64,000 bases of DNA, taken from NCBI GenBank assembly GCA_964540475.1, contig CAZIMC010000001.1:97203-161202 (forward strand), given 5' to 3'. The DNA comes from an uncultured Gammaproteobacteria bacterium (GTDB lineage Bacteria; Patescibacteriota; Microgenomatia; UBA8517). This document shows, piece by piece, positions 1-9,279 of this stretch; within the stretch, counting starts at the first letter, position 1, and each line of letters starts with the position of its first letter. A model generated the notes under the pieces. It saw only the letters and a program-made list of their open reading frames with translations. It ran no database searches and was not told the DNA's origin. A program made the position numbers and the translations under genes.

Positions 1-2310
1 ACTGATACGCCACACGAGAAATTACGAGAGTTTGAAGCTATGGTGGATATTTTATCGTATGCCAACGAGCTCATTAACGATTTAAAACCCAGTATAAAGA
101 TCGATTGTGTAAAAGCTGTCCATTTTATTCTTCAAGACGAAGATAAAAACACAATTCAGCAGGAAATGACCTCTCTTCAAGAAGATATAAATTTCGTCAA
201 GGAGAGTTCTAAAAAATACCCCAAGAACTTTGATAAGTTAGGAATTCGACTTACAGATTTAAAGACACTCACAGAAAACAATCTTACAAGATTAGGCGAT
301 TTGGATTTCAATAGTCTAGTTCGATATGTAACTTTGAAGCAGAAACTAGAAAAAGAATTTCAAAGGATTCCTGAGCTGAATTACAGCCAAGCTAAAAAAG
401 ATATAGAAGAGCTGGTTACAACTCAAATGACTTACATTATGGACGGTCGATTGGTCAACTTTTATGACCAAAGCAGGAGTGATGCAAAAACATTAAGAGA
501 TATTATTAGAAAGAAACAAAGATTTCCAAAAGACGAATTTCTCAAGTTGAAAGAGGCTTTTCCCTGCATTTTGGCTGGAATTAGGGATTATGCAGAATAT
601 ATTCCACTCGAACCTGAAATTTTTGATTTAGTTGTCATTGATGAAGCTTCACAAGTAAGTATAGCCCAGGCATTTCCGGCACTGCTTCGAGCAAAAAAGG
701 TGTTGATTTTAGGAGATAAACGGCAATTCAGCAACGTCAAATCAGCACAGGTACGTACAGCCACTAATAGAGAGTATCTTAACGACCTCGAGAGAGTATT
801 CAAAGACAGTGTATCTACAGACCAGGCAAAGCTCTCAAGGCTTTCTAAATTCAACATTAAAACTTCAATTTTGGAATTTTTCGAATTTATCAGCAATTAT
901 CACACCCAACTACTAAAACATTTCCGGGGGTATAAAGAAACCATATCGTACTCCAACAGGTATTTTTACCAAAATAACTTGCAGGTAATGAAAATTCGAG
1001 GGAAAAACATCGATGATGTTTTGAAGTTTTCGTTCATTAAACACGATGGAAAAGAAGATCTTTATCCGAATACAAACTCCTTGGAGGGAGAGTTTATTAT
1101 CAATGAACTAAAAAAACTTAAGGAAGTTGATAGCAATTCTAGTGTATGCATAATCACACCGCACACTAACCAGCAAAAATTACTAATGGAGATGATAAGT
1201 AAGTTGCCAGAAAGAGATTTCTTCTTTGATAAACTCCAGTTGAAAATCATGACATTCGATACTTGTCAGGGCGAAGAAAGGGATATTGTCTTCTATTCGA
1301 TGGTCGCCACAGAAAATTCCGACAGACTTTGGGGTGTGTTCATTAAAGACTTAAGTCAAGTAGACATTGAGGAAGATGGGCAGATAAAAGCCCAACGCCT
1401 CAACGTTGGCTTTAGCCGAGCAAAGGAGCGTATGCACTTTGTCTTAAGTAAACCACTTGATAAATTCTCAGGTTCTGTAGGTGAAGCTCTTAGACATTAT
1501 TACAACGCTTTAGAAGAAGGTAAAAAGGAACCTTTACCAAATGAGGTTGATCCAAATTCACCTAAAGAAAAGGAGGTATTAAATTGGATCACACAGACTA
1601 CGTTTTGGCAGGATAACTTTCCTGAAAATTTAATGCTTAAGCCTCAATTCGAACTTGGAAAGTATCTTAAGCAACTCGATAAGACGTATACCTATCCCAA
1701 TTACAAGGTGGATTTCCTTCTGGTCTACAAAGATCCAAGACACAATACCCATAAAATTATCATTGAATACGACGGTTTTGAAGAACATTTTAGAAATATC
1801 GATGAAGTAAATGAATATAACTACACCGAATATTACTCAGACGACGACGTTTATCGTCAAAAGGTACTAGAGAGTTATGGCTATAAATTCTTGAGAATTA
1901 ATAGATTTAATTCAGGAGAAGACCCCATTCAAACAATCAATACCAGGATTGAGAATCTTGTCAAAAATTACAGCGCTAGCCATAAACGCCTAAGTCGAAT
2001 CTATGAAACAATAGAAAATTTACAAAACGGACAGATGAAGGAGTGTCCGAAATGTAATGAAGTTAGATCCGCCGAAGATTTCAAAGACTCATCGCTTATT
2101 ACCGGGTATGGCAGATTTTGCAAGTACTGTAAAGGTAATATCTCATATTCAGAGTTAAGAAGTTCTTTGTCAGACAATACAGACTTAGAGAGTGACGACA
2201 AAACATGTCCGCGATGTAATTCAAAAATGATACTGAGAAGCGGCAGATACGGAAAGTTTTATGGGTGTTCCCGATTCCCTTATTGTAGAGGGACTCGTCA
2301 ATACAACTAA
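1..2310 (+). CDS. 5'-truncated SF1 (Upf1/Dna2-like) DNA helicase C-terminal half fused to a DUF559/Vsr-like endonuclease domain and a C-terminal C4 zinc ribbon (topoisomerase-type)
   Basis: Frame is open from nt 1 with no upstream stop; listed ORF 40..2310. Helicase motifs: DEASQ (motif II), TFDTCQGEERDIV, LNVGFSRAKERMHFV (motif VI). DUF559-like block KIIIEYDGFEEHF...YGYKFLRINRF. Terminal CPRCNSKMILRSGRYGKFYGCSRFPYC zinc ribbon. Confidence 0.75.
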   Translation, partial: TDTPHEKLREFEAMVDILSYANELINDLKPSIKIDCVKAVHFILQDEDKNTIQQEMTSLQEDINFVKESSKKYPKNFDKLGIRLTDLKTLTENNLTRLGDLDFNSLVRYVTLKQKLEKEFQRIPELNYSQAKKDIEELVTTQMTYIMDGRLVNFYDQSRSDAKTLRDIIRKKQRFPKDEFLKLKEAFPCILAGIRDYAEYIPLEPEIFDLVVIDEASQVSIAQAFPALLRAKKVLILGDKRQFSNVKSAQVRTATNREYLNDLERVFKDSVSTDQAKLSRLSKFNIKTSILEFFEFISNYHTQLLKHFRGYKETISYSNRYFYQNNLQVMKIRGKNIDDVLKFSFIKHDGKEDLYPNTNSLEGEFIINELKKLKEVDSNSSVCIITPHTNQQKLLMEMISKLPERDFFFDKLQLKIMTFDTCQGEERDIVFYSMVATENSDRLWGVFIKDLSQVDIEEDGQIKAQRLNVGFSRAKERMHFVLSKPLDKFSGSVGEALRHYYNALEEGKKEPLPNEVDPNSPKEKEVLNWITQTTFWQDNFPENLMLKPQFELGKYLKQLDKTYTYPNYKVDFLLVYKDPRHNTHKIIIEYDGFEEHFRNIDEVNEYNYTEYYSDDDVYRQKVLESYGYKFLRINRFNSGEDPIQTINTRIENLVKNYSASHKRLSRIYETIENLQNGQMKECPKCNEVRSAEDFKDSSLITGYGRFCKYCKGNISYSELRSSLSDNTDLESDDKTCPRCNSKMILRSGRYGKFYGCSRFPYCRGTRQYN

Positions 2311-2314
2311 GAAT

Positions 2315-3355
2315 ATGGATAACCAAGACTATAAATGCCCTTTATGCGGTAGTTTGTTGACCAGAGATCGTTGGGTAAAGATAACGGGTCGATGGTCAGA
2401 ATTTGAGAAAGAGCGGGAAGAAAACAAAAAGCTACTTGAGAGATATAAAAAAGAGAAGGCCGAAAGGGAGAAGAAATATAAGATGGAACTAAAAAAGGCT
2501 GCGAAACTAGCAGAAGCTACGGGAATGGCGAAGGGAATAAAAAAGGAAAAAAGCGAAAGAGATAGAATGGGCAAAATGCTTCAAAATCAAGCAAAAGCAA
2601 TTATTGCTAGCAATAAAAAAATTCAAGAATTACAAAAACAACTTAAAGAGGGAAAAACGCCACAAACAGCAGGCTTCGATTATGAAAAGGAGGTAGTAAG
2701 GATTTTATCTGAGAATTTTCCAGACGATATTTTAAAACCCACAGGCAAAGAGGGCGATGTAATTCAACACGTTACTTATAACAATAATCAGGTTGGCTGC
2801 ATTCTATATGAATGTAAAAAAACCGATAAGTTTAATAACTCCTTTATTAGAGAAGTATTAAAGCACCAAGATACTGCTCGAGCCGAGTTTGCAGTAATCG
2901 TTACTCATGCATTGAAGGAAGGAAAATCTAAGTTTTTTATAGAGGAAAACGTCATTGTTATAGATCCACTGGGCCTTCTAGATGTAGCCTCGCTTTTAAG
3001 GAGTTCACTACTAGAGATGCACAGACTTAAGTTAACCAAAGAAGAGGTAAAGGAAAAGGGTGTCCAAATTTTACGCTATATGCAGTCAGGTGAATTTAGA
3101 AATAACATGGTCGATACGATTGAGAAATCAAGAAAGGCATACGAACTTTTAGTGAAAGAGGTGAAAGATCACGAAAAGGCTTGGACTGAAAGGATTAAGC
3201 TATATTATTCAATTCACGAAAACATACAAGGAGTTAGGAGGTCAATTGGTGAAATAGTTACAGGAGGAGCAGTCGAATTAGAAGGGTATAACTTTGTTCA
3301 GCTAACAGGTTCAGAATTACCTAAACTATTGAGCGGTGAAAGAACTACGCAATAA
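2315..3355 (+). CDS. DUF2130-like protein: N-terminal CxxC, long K/E-rich coiled coil, C-terminal PD-(D/E)xK nuclease-like core
   Basis: ORF 2261..3355; ATG at 2315 lies 4 nt after the upstream stop. CPLCGS motif, KE-rich coiled coil, GDVIQHV...ILYECKKT (D...E.K) nuclease-like signature. Confidence 0.55.
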   Translation: MDNQDYKCPLCGSLLTRDRWVKITGRWSEFEKEREENKKLLERYKKEKAEREKKYKMELKKAAKLAEATGMAKGIKKEKSERDRMGKMLQNQAKAIIASNKKIQELQKQLKEGKTPQTAGFDYEKEVVRILSENFPDDILKPTGKEGDVIQHVTYNNNQVGCILYECKKTDKFNNSFIREVLKHQDTARAEFAVIVTHALKEGKSKFFIEENVIVIDPLGLLDVASLLRSSLLEMHRLKLTKEEVKEKGVQILRYMQSGEFRNNMVDTIEKSRKAYELLVKEVKDHEKAWTERIKLYYSIHENIQGVRRSIGEIVTGGAVELEGYNFVQLTGSELPKLLSGERTTQ

Positions 3356-3427
3356 AGATATAAAAGTAATATTTGAAAAGTTTTTGGCCTTCTGTGGGAT
3401 TGGGCTTACAACTAATAAAAATGCTCT

Positions 3428-4777
3428 ATGCAAAACAGAGACGATATAAAAAACCAGCAAACTCTTAGTAGAATTGATGACTACTTAAAATCTAATAAGA
3501 ATGACAAAGGCCAAACTTTATCAAAGGATGAAATTGAGGCGTTGCGGTTTGGTAGAAGATTGATTGCCGAGCAGTTAGAAATACCCAGCTATGAAGTCCA
3601 CTGGTCTGACGGTACTACAAAATCTACAAAGATTAGCTTTAAAGACCAAATGGTTCGAATTATCCCTGAGTCCGAGGACGAAATATACGGACAGTATTAC
3701 CACTCTCCTGATAAAAAATACTTTGTTGTCACAAAAGGCAGTTTTTGGACGGACTATGGAAAAACGGAAAAATTCACTAAGGGATGGGTGTTTCTTTTTG
3801 AGGGCAATACAAAATGCCTTTGGAAAAAAGAGTTTATCGCACCTGATAAGGCATATGTAAATAACAATGGCAATGTTGTTGTAATTGACTCACTTAATAC
3901 TGATTATGGCAAGAAGTACACAAGTGGCCTTTTTATTGTTGATAAGACAAACAAAGATATTTTCACCCGTCTGTTTACTTCTATCTTAGACAAGGTCTTA
4001 TACTCGCAAAAAAGAAACGAATTGTTATGTCTAACAAACAATCCGGAGAGAGCGTTTTTTCTTGTCGATCTTGCTACCCAGAAAGTTATTTATAAAGCAA
4101 AATTGAAGCGGGCATTTGAAAAGTGGTATTTAGAAAATGCCAATTATTCATTTAAAGATGACCATATCAATATCTGGAATGAAGATTTGTTTGAACATAT
4201 CCGAACTAGATTGCAAGAGGAGGAGGACATAAAAACGCCATCAGACGATCAGGCAGAACATTTAGAGCATATACAAGTCGAGACTGAGAGAACTACTGAA
4301 GAATATGAGCGAGAGCAATTTTTGGAAATCTATACTAAACCTGAGTTCAGCATTTTTGAAGAGTATGAAATATTAAAATGTGAGAAAGAGGGAAAAGAAT
4401 TCGAAGGCTTGGTATCTGAATACTACTTTGATTATCTTCACTCTATGGGTATTTCCACGATGGACGATTTGCTCAATACAGATATCACGGTGCTTATCAA
4501 CAGGACTGGCGATGGACTCAGACCAGGACCAGGAAGAATATACGGCATCAATAATAGGGTCTCAAGTGAACTTGGAAGACAGCTTAAAGGAATCGAAGAT
4601 TATATTCCTGTATCACCAAGAATAAGAACAGAACTCGAAAAGATTGGTGTTAACAAACTTGGTGATTGTGCTAACTTCTCCAGAAGCGAACTATTAAAAA
4701 TTAAAGGTATAGGTGTAAAAGTGTTGGAATACATATCAAGTGCATTGCAAGAATTTCACCAGAACGAAATAAAATAA
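3428..4777 (+). CDS. hypothetical protein with C-terminal helix-hairpin-helix repeats (RNAP alpha-CTD-like)
   Basis: 449-aa ORF; C-terminal SELLKIKGIGVKVLEYI and DDLLNTDITVLINRTG HhH-like motifs; no other recognisable domain. Confidence 0.5.
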   Translation: MQNRDDIKNQQTLSRIDDYLKSNKNDKGQTLSKDEIEALRFGRRLIAEQLEIPSYEVHWSDGTTKSTKISFKDQMVRIIPESEDEIYGQYYHSPDKKYFVVTKGSFWTDYGKTEKFTKGWVFLFEGNTKCLWKKEFIAPDKAYVNNNGNVVVIDSLNTDYGKKYTSGLFIVDKTNKDIFTRLFTSILDKVLYSQKRNELLCLTNNPERAFFLVDLATQKVIYKAKLKRAFEKWYLENANYSFKDDHINIWNEDLFEHIRTRLQEEEDIKTPSDDQAEHLEHIQVETERTTEEYEREQFLEIYTKPEFSIFEEYEILKCEKEGKEFEGLVSEYYFDYLHSMGISTMDDLLNTDITVLINRTGDGLRPGPGRIYGINNRVSSELGRQLKGIEDYIPVSPRIRTELEKIGVNKLGDCANFSRSELLKIKGIGVKVLEYISSALQEFHQNEIK

Positions 4778-4788
4778 TCAGAAAAGAA

Positions 4789-4826
4789 GGTCAGTAGTAT
4801 TACCGACCCTCTTTTTCTTGCCGAGC
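4789..4826. terminator. putative bidirectional rho-independent terminator between convergent genes
   Basis: Imperfect stem GGTCAGT / ACCGACC followed by CTCTTTTTCTT, between 3428..4777 (+) and 4827..5060 (-). Confidence 0.3.
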
Positions 4827-5060
4827 TTATTTTTTACTCTTTACCACTTCTTTAGCAGGTTCTTTCGTTATTTCAGGCTTTACTACTTCCTCTGAAATTT
4901 TCTGTTTTGCTGCCGCTAATTTCTCTTTTCTCTTTAGCATGTAGCGTGCTCGTGCTGCTTTGCCCTTCACCGACTCCTGATAGCGTTTGCGGGCTTCTTT
5001 ACCCCTGGCAGACCTGGCGTATTTCTTTTGTGCTTGTGTCCATTTTCCCATTGTCATCAC
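4827..5060 (-). CDS. small highly basic Lys/Arg-rich protein, function unknown
   Basis: 77-aa ORF, KR-rich (KKYARSARGKEARKRY...). Sits just downstream of the XRE gene on the same strand. Confidence 0.4.
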   Translation of the reverse strand: MMTMGKWTQAQKKYARSARGKEARKRYQESVKGKAARARYMLKRKEKLAAAKQKISEEVVKPEITKEPAKEVVKSKK

Positions 5061-5125
5061 CTCCTAACGGACTATCCTGATATATTTATTATCAAGACCC
5101 TACTGGAAGAAGGCACTCCGGCAAT

Positions 5126-5323
5126 TTATGTATGCTTACTGATGTACCGCCTCAAAGCTCTGCGTAAATCTTTCTTACAGCGGATACTGGGATTGACCCT
5201 GCTTGTTTCTATGAGTGAAATATATGTCTGGGTGTATCCTGAGAGTTTTGCCAGCCTTTGTTGGCTTACAAACACGCCTTCGTTAACTCGCGTTTGGTAT
5301 AGGTAGTTTGCAAAATCGACCAT
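5126..5323 (-). CDS. XRE-family helix-turn-helix transcriptional regulator
   Basis: HTH_3-like SQQRLAKLSGYTQTYISLIETSRVNPS. Start taken at MVDF; ORF listed to 5335. Confidence 0.65.
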   Translation of the reverse strand: MVDFANYLYQTRVNEGVFVSQQRLAKLSGYTQTYISLIETSRVNPSIRCKKDLRRALRRYISKHT

Positions 5324-5867
5324 TGGTAGCCTCAATTACCTGATATTTGGATTCGGAATCCAATAACTCCTTCAAAACCTCTAACTGAACCTTGACCTGT
5401 GCGACTAAATCTCTAGGGAATAACTGGTAAAGAACATTCGGCGAGCTATGGAGCAGAGTTGGATTTTGATTCCACAATAGTTCTATTTGGGGCGCTGCAT
5501 CAGTCTCTTTTGCATGTTCGAACATTGCAGAAATAGTAGGCTCTTTCTTTTTAGCTTCTTCGATAAATTGAACAGGACTTTCGTCATCCACACGCACAAT
5601 TTTGTCTTGTAAAATTAAGTTCGAACATATACCTTGCAGTATTGATCTTTTCTGTAGCTTATCTCCATGTTCAAACCAATGTCTTGCATAACAAGCAAAG
5701 TTGAATGTGTTTTCAGTAAGTTCTACCCATTTACTAATCCTTCGATCTGTATCATTGAGCTTCTCCCTTTTTAGTACCCAGGAGTGATACAATAGAAGGT
5801 AATCGGCTGCCCATCGTGCAGCCTTTTTTTGTATGAGTAAATACAGAGCAGTAGGCAGTAAACTCAA
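5283..5867 (-). CDS. hypothetical protein, upstream of and overlapping the XRE gene
   Basis: 194-aa ORF with no recognisable motif. Same strand as the XRE gene with a 41-bp overlap, suggesting co-transcription. Confidence 0.45.
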   Translation of the reverse strand: MSLLPTALYLLIQKKAARWAADYLLLYHSWVLKREKLNDTDRRISKWVELTENTFNFACYARHWFEHGDKLQKRSILQGICSNLILQDKIVRVDDESPVQFIEEAKKKEPTISAMFEHAKETDAAPQIELLWNQNPTLLHSSPNVLYQLFPRDLVAQVKVQLEVLKELLDSESKYQVIEATNGRFCKLPIPNAS

Positions 5868-6582
5868 GAACGAATCCGATCCTTCTCTTGCAAAGGAACA
5901 TAAGGCTGGGGCTGTCGTTGAATTAGTTCAACCAGCTAAGGATGATCGCTGGGGCAGATACTACTTCAATCACTATCAGCGTTATTGGAATATCCTGAAC
6001 GAATCTCGAAGACACTACAATAGAGCTCTTATTTATCTTAAAAAATGTCGTCAGTTGCCAGTCGATACAAAAACTCAAAATCGACATGTACCTGAAGAAC
6101 TAAGAGACAAACTTGAAATGCACTCAATGAAATATCTTGTCCTCCTGAAGATGGGGTATGAATATATGACTCTGGAGATGTTGCCATCAATAGATCATAT
6201 ACAAGAAGCAAAACAAGGTATAGCAAAGACAGATTGGGATAAGGTTGATCTATTGAAAAGAATAAGCTCATTGAAGAGCAAATTGTCCATAAGCAAAGAC
6301 GTCCCTGACTGTCTCTTCCCACTTTTTGATCGAAGAGACATTGTTGAACACCCTAATCAAGAGCGCTTATACAATGCTACCGCTAATGGCTGGAAAAATA
6401 ATCATTTAGCATGGGTTTTAAGTGGTGATATGGAAGGGACAATGGAAAAGATTGTTGATTTTACAAGCGAAATAATCAAAGTGTTTGATGAATATGTAAA
6501 AAATAATCCCATTCCTGGAACATTGGAAGGAGTAGTAAGGGGATTAAAAGCATCCGAGTCATATAAAAATCCTAAAAAATAA
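5833..6582 (+). CDS. hypothetical protein, first gene of a tight three-gene operon
   Basis: 249-aa ORF; diverges from the 5283..5867 gene with a 35-bp overlap; next gene starts 3 bp after its stop. Confidence 0.5.
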   Translation: MSKYRAVGSKLKNESDPSLAKEHKAGAVVELVQPAKDDRWGRYYFNHYQRYWNILNESRRHYNRALIYLKKCRQLPVDTKTQNRHVPEELRDKLEMHSMKYLVLLKMGYEYMTLEMLPSIDHIQEAKQGIAKTDWDKVDLLKRISSLKSKLSISKDVPDCLFPLFDRRDIVEHPNQERLYNATANGWKNNHLAWVLSGDMEGTMEKIVDFTSEIIKVFDEYVKNNPIPGTLEGVVRGLKASESYKNPKK

Positions 6583-6584
6583 AC

Positions 6585-7103
6585 ATGAACAACTCTAATC
6601 TTAGATATATCAATACTGCATTAGAAGGAGCTAAGTATCACGAAGATCAAGCATTTCAAGTAAGAGGTAATCAACCAAATGATTACAATAAAATTGTTTT
6701 TCATCTGAGGGCATATTTTTGGGAGCTTTGGTCTGCCTGGGATTATGTACTGCAGGAAACCAACAGGCAAACCTTTCATTTAGAGCCACATGAGGTACGC
6801 AGAAATATCCTAAATAAAGTTAGGAAAGAAGTTCCTGACTATAAATTTCTCGAACTGCTCGAATCCATTCAGGAAAATGAAAGATTAAAAAGAATTATGT
6901 GGTTGCGTGACCATGCTCACAAATGGCAAATTGAGCCATATATGATTGACCATGATGATGAAAAAGTAAATGTCATTGCCTTAAATAATCTTGATTCACG
7001 AGATAAGTTTTTAGATAGGCAAATTAACATAGATAGAAATGATTTATATTTTATGCAAGAGTTCATAAACACACTTTCGAAGGAAGGTTTTTTTGAAGCA
7101 TGA
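6585..7103 (+). CDS. hypothetical protein with N-terminal LxxAKYH motif (paralogue of next gene's N-terminus)
   Basis: 172 aa; INTALEGAKYHEDQAF resembles LKKLERAKYHLNIL in the next ORF; 4-bp overlap with the next gene. Confidence 0.5.
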   Translation: MNNSNLRYINTALEGAKYHEDQAFQVRGNQPNDYNKIVFHLRAYFWELWSAWDYVLQETNRQTFHLEPHEVRRNILNKVRKEVPDYKFLELLESIQENERLKRIMWLRDHAHKWQIEPYMIDHDDEKVNVIALNNLDSRDKFLDRQINIDRNDLYFMQEFINTLSKEGFFEA

Positions 7104-7864
7104 ACTCCTTAAAAAAACTTGAAAGAGCAAAGTATCACCTCAATATACTTACTCAGGAAGTAAAAGAATTTATTCAAAGCCAACCATACAAAATTTACAC
7201 TACCGAAGAAGCTAATGGAGATCTGGTTTACAGATTGAAAATTATTAAGCCTGTTCCAGAAGAGTGGAGTTTAACAATTGGAGACATAATACATAATCTT
7301 CGTTCATCCCTGGATCTTCTGATTTCAGATCTCCTGATAAAGAATGGGAAACAACCTGATAATAGAAGTGCGTTTCCAATTTATGAAACTGAGACAGAAT
7401 TGTTAAAAGATTCTCAACACAGAATTACTGGAATAACTCCAGCAGCTCGAAAAGTCATTTCCAAGATTAAACCATACAAGGGAGGAAACCAGATACTTTG
7501 GAAGCTACATAAACTTGATATTCTTGATAAACATAAACTAATTATTCCTGTAGGATCTGCATCGAGAAGTGTAGGTATTGATTTTAATTCCTTATTGCAC
7601 ACTCAAGGATTTTCAAAAGATTTAAAGTTACCCCCAATTTTTATTAGACCTGCTGACACACAATTTCCATTAAAAGATGGTATGGGATTATTTTCTATAT
7701 TAAAACAGGCTCGGACAGGAGGTGAGCCACCTCCCCATTCGTTTGCTTTTGATATTGCATTTGGTGAAGGAGATTTAGTAATGGGCGAGCCTATTATAGA
7801 AACATTAAATTTGTTTGTTATAGAAGTAGAGAGTATATTAAATAAGTTCAAAAAATTACTGTAG
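7100..7864 (+). CDS. hypothetical protein with N-terminal LxxAKYH motif
   Basis: 254 aa; ATGA overlap with the upstream gene. Confidence 0.5.
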   Translation: MNSLKKLERAKYHLNILTQEVKEFIQSQPYKIYTTEEANGDLVYRLKIIKPVPEEWSLTIGDIIHNLRSSLDLLISDLLIKNGKQPDNRSAFPIYETETELLKDSQHRITGITPAARKVISKIKPYKGGNQILWKLHKLDILDKHKLIIPVGSASRSVGIDFNSLLHTQGFSKDLKLPPIFIRPADTQFPLKDGMGLFSILKQARTGGEPPPHSFAFDIAFGEGDLVMGEPIIETLNLFVIEVESILNKFKKLL

Positions 7865-8107
7865 TTTGTGGAGAGATAAGGAATCCTATTATTTCTTTGT
7901 TTGCCTGGAAACACATACCCCCTCCAGTATCATGATAAACTCATGAGGTTTACATGAGCTTCTACAGTAGGTAATACTGGGATGCTTACATAATCTTTGG
8001 TGGTGGTGTAATATGTTCGCATCTGCTCCATGAGGGAGAGCAAGGTTTTTTAGCTTCATTTTTCCTCCTTACCACAAGGTATTTTCGAACTTTGGTAAAA
8101 TTTTGAT

Positions 8108-8713
8108 GTGAGTAAGAGAGAATTGTCAACAAACATTGAAGATTTGGGGACCGATGAAATTACAGAGGCTTTTCTTAGAACTGCGGGTCGAAATCCTGAA
8201 TATATTGAAGCGGAGAATATAGTAAGGGGAAACACGAGTGCGGGTATATGGTTGATAGGTGGATTTGTATACAGAGGGATTGTCGCAGATTTGTATGGAG
8301 TGCAAGTTTCTACCGATGCTGATTTTGATTTTATTGTGGAAAAGCCGAGTGATAGCCTAAAACTTCCTGATGGGTGGGAAATAATAACCAATAGATATGG
8401 TAATCCTAAATTTGTTGGTCCAAAATATGAAATCGACTTTGTACCAATTAAAAACGTTCATTCTATTTTAAGACGTGGGCTGGCTCCAACTATTAGCAAC
8501 TTTCTATCGGGTGCGCCTCTTACGGTGCAATCCATAGCTTTTGACGTGTTAGGTAAAAAAGTAATTGGGGGGGTGGGGAGAAGAGCCATAATATTGCAGA
8601 CAGTTGGAGTAAATAATGAACAACAGGCAACCCATAGGGCCGAACTGAAAGGAAAAACAGTACAAGAATTAGTAACGGAAACGGCTCAAAGTTTGAATTT
8701 TACTGCTGAATAG
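8108..8713 (+). CDS. minimal nucleotidyltransferase (Pol-beta-like NTase fold) protein
   Basis: GIWLIGGFVYRG...STDADFDFIV matches the G[SG]x9-13 Dx[DE] NTase signature; 201 aa. Confidence 0.55.
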   Translation: MSKRELSTNIEDLGTDEITEAFLRTAGRNPEYIEAENIVRGNTSAGIWLIGGFVYRGIVADLYGVQVSTDADFDFIVEKPSDSLKLPDGWEIITNRYGNPKFVGPKYEIDFVPIKNVHSILRRGLAPTISNFLSGAPLTVQSIAFDVLGKKVIGGVGRRAIILQTVGVNNEQQATHRAELKGKTVQELVTETAQSLNFTAE

Positions 8714-8745
8714 AAAAGGGGGCCTCCATGTATTAGAATAAAAAA

Positions 8746-9252
8746 ATGAGCAGATTAATAGCGTGCATCTGGTTTGTAAATAATAACGGCGAAGAGGCGG
8801 TAAAGTACTACATAGACACTTTTAAGAAAGCCCCTGGTAATCACGAAGCAAAACTGGGAGATACAACAAAAGCCCCTAAGGCAACCGAAGAGGTCTCAGG
8901 TAGACCCGAAGGTTCGGTCTTAACAGCAGAGTGTGAACTTGACGGAATTAGCTTTATGGCTCTTAACGGAGGACCTGTTGATCAATTCAAACTTAATGGA
9001 TCTACATCTTTTATAATTGAGTGTGAGACACAAGAAGAAATTGACTACTTCTGGGAGGCCCTTTCGGCAGTTCCAGAAGCCGAACAATGCGGTTGGTGCA
9101 CGGACAAATTCGGTGTCACCTGGCAAGTAGTTCCAAGAATATTGGATGAGATGATGCGCGACCCTGAAAAAGCTGAGGCTGTAACAAAAGTCTTCATGCC
9201 AATGAAAAAGCTCGACATTGAAACCATTAAACAAGCTGGCGAGAAAAGCTAG
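8746..9252 (+). CDS. VOC-family (glyoxalase-like, PhnB / 3-demethylubiquinone-9 3-methyltransferase-domain) protein
   Basis: DYFWEAL...CGWCTDKFGVTWQVVP is characteristic of PhnB-like VOC proteins. Confidence 0.7.
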   Translation: MSRLIACIWFVNNNGEEAVKYYIDTFKKAPGNHEAKLGDTTKAPKATEEVSGRPEGSVLTAECELDGISFMALNGGPVDQFKLNGSTSFIIECETQEEIDYFWEALSAVPEAEQCGWCTDKFGVTWQVVPRILDEMMRDPEKAEAVTKVFMPMKKLDIETIKQAGEKS

Positions 9253-9279
9253 AAATATTGGACATATATTGAAGGACTT

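Noticed and set aside
7935-7960. Hairpin CTCATG-AGGTTTA-CATGAG downstream of the 7100..7864 gene
   Set aside because: It is not followed by a T-tract and has a short stem. It may be a weak terminator or incidental, so it was not called.
8056-8391. 111-aa minus-strand ORF overlapping the nucleotidyltransferase gene
   Set aside because: It is antisense to a gene with a clear NTase motif and has a low-complexity Ser/Pro-rich translation.
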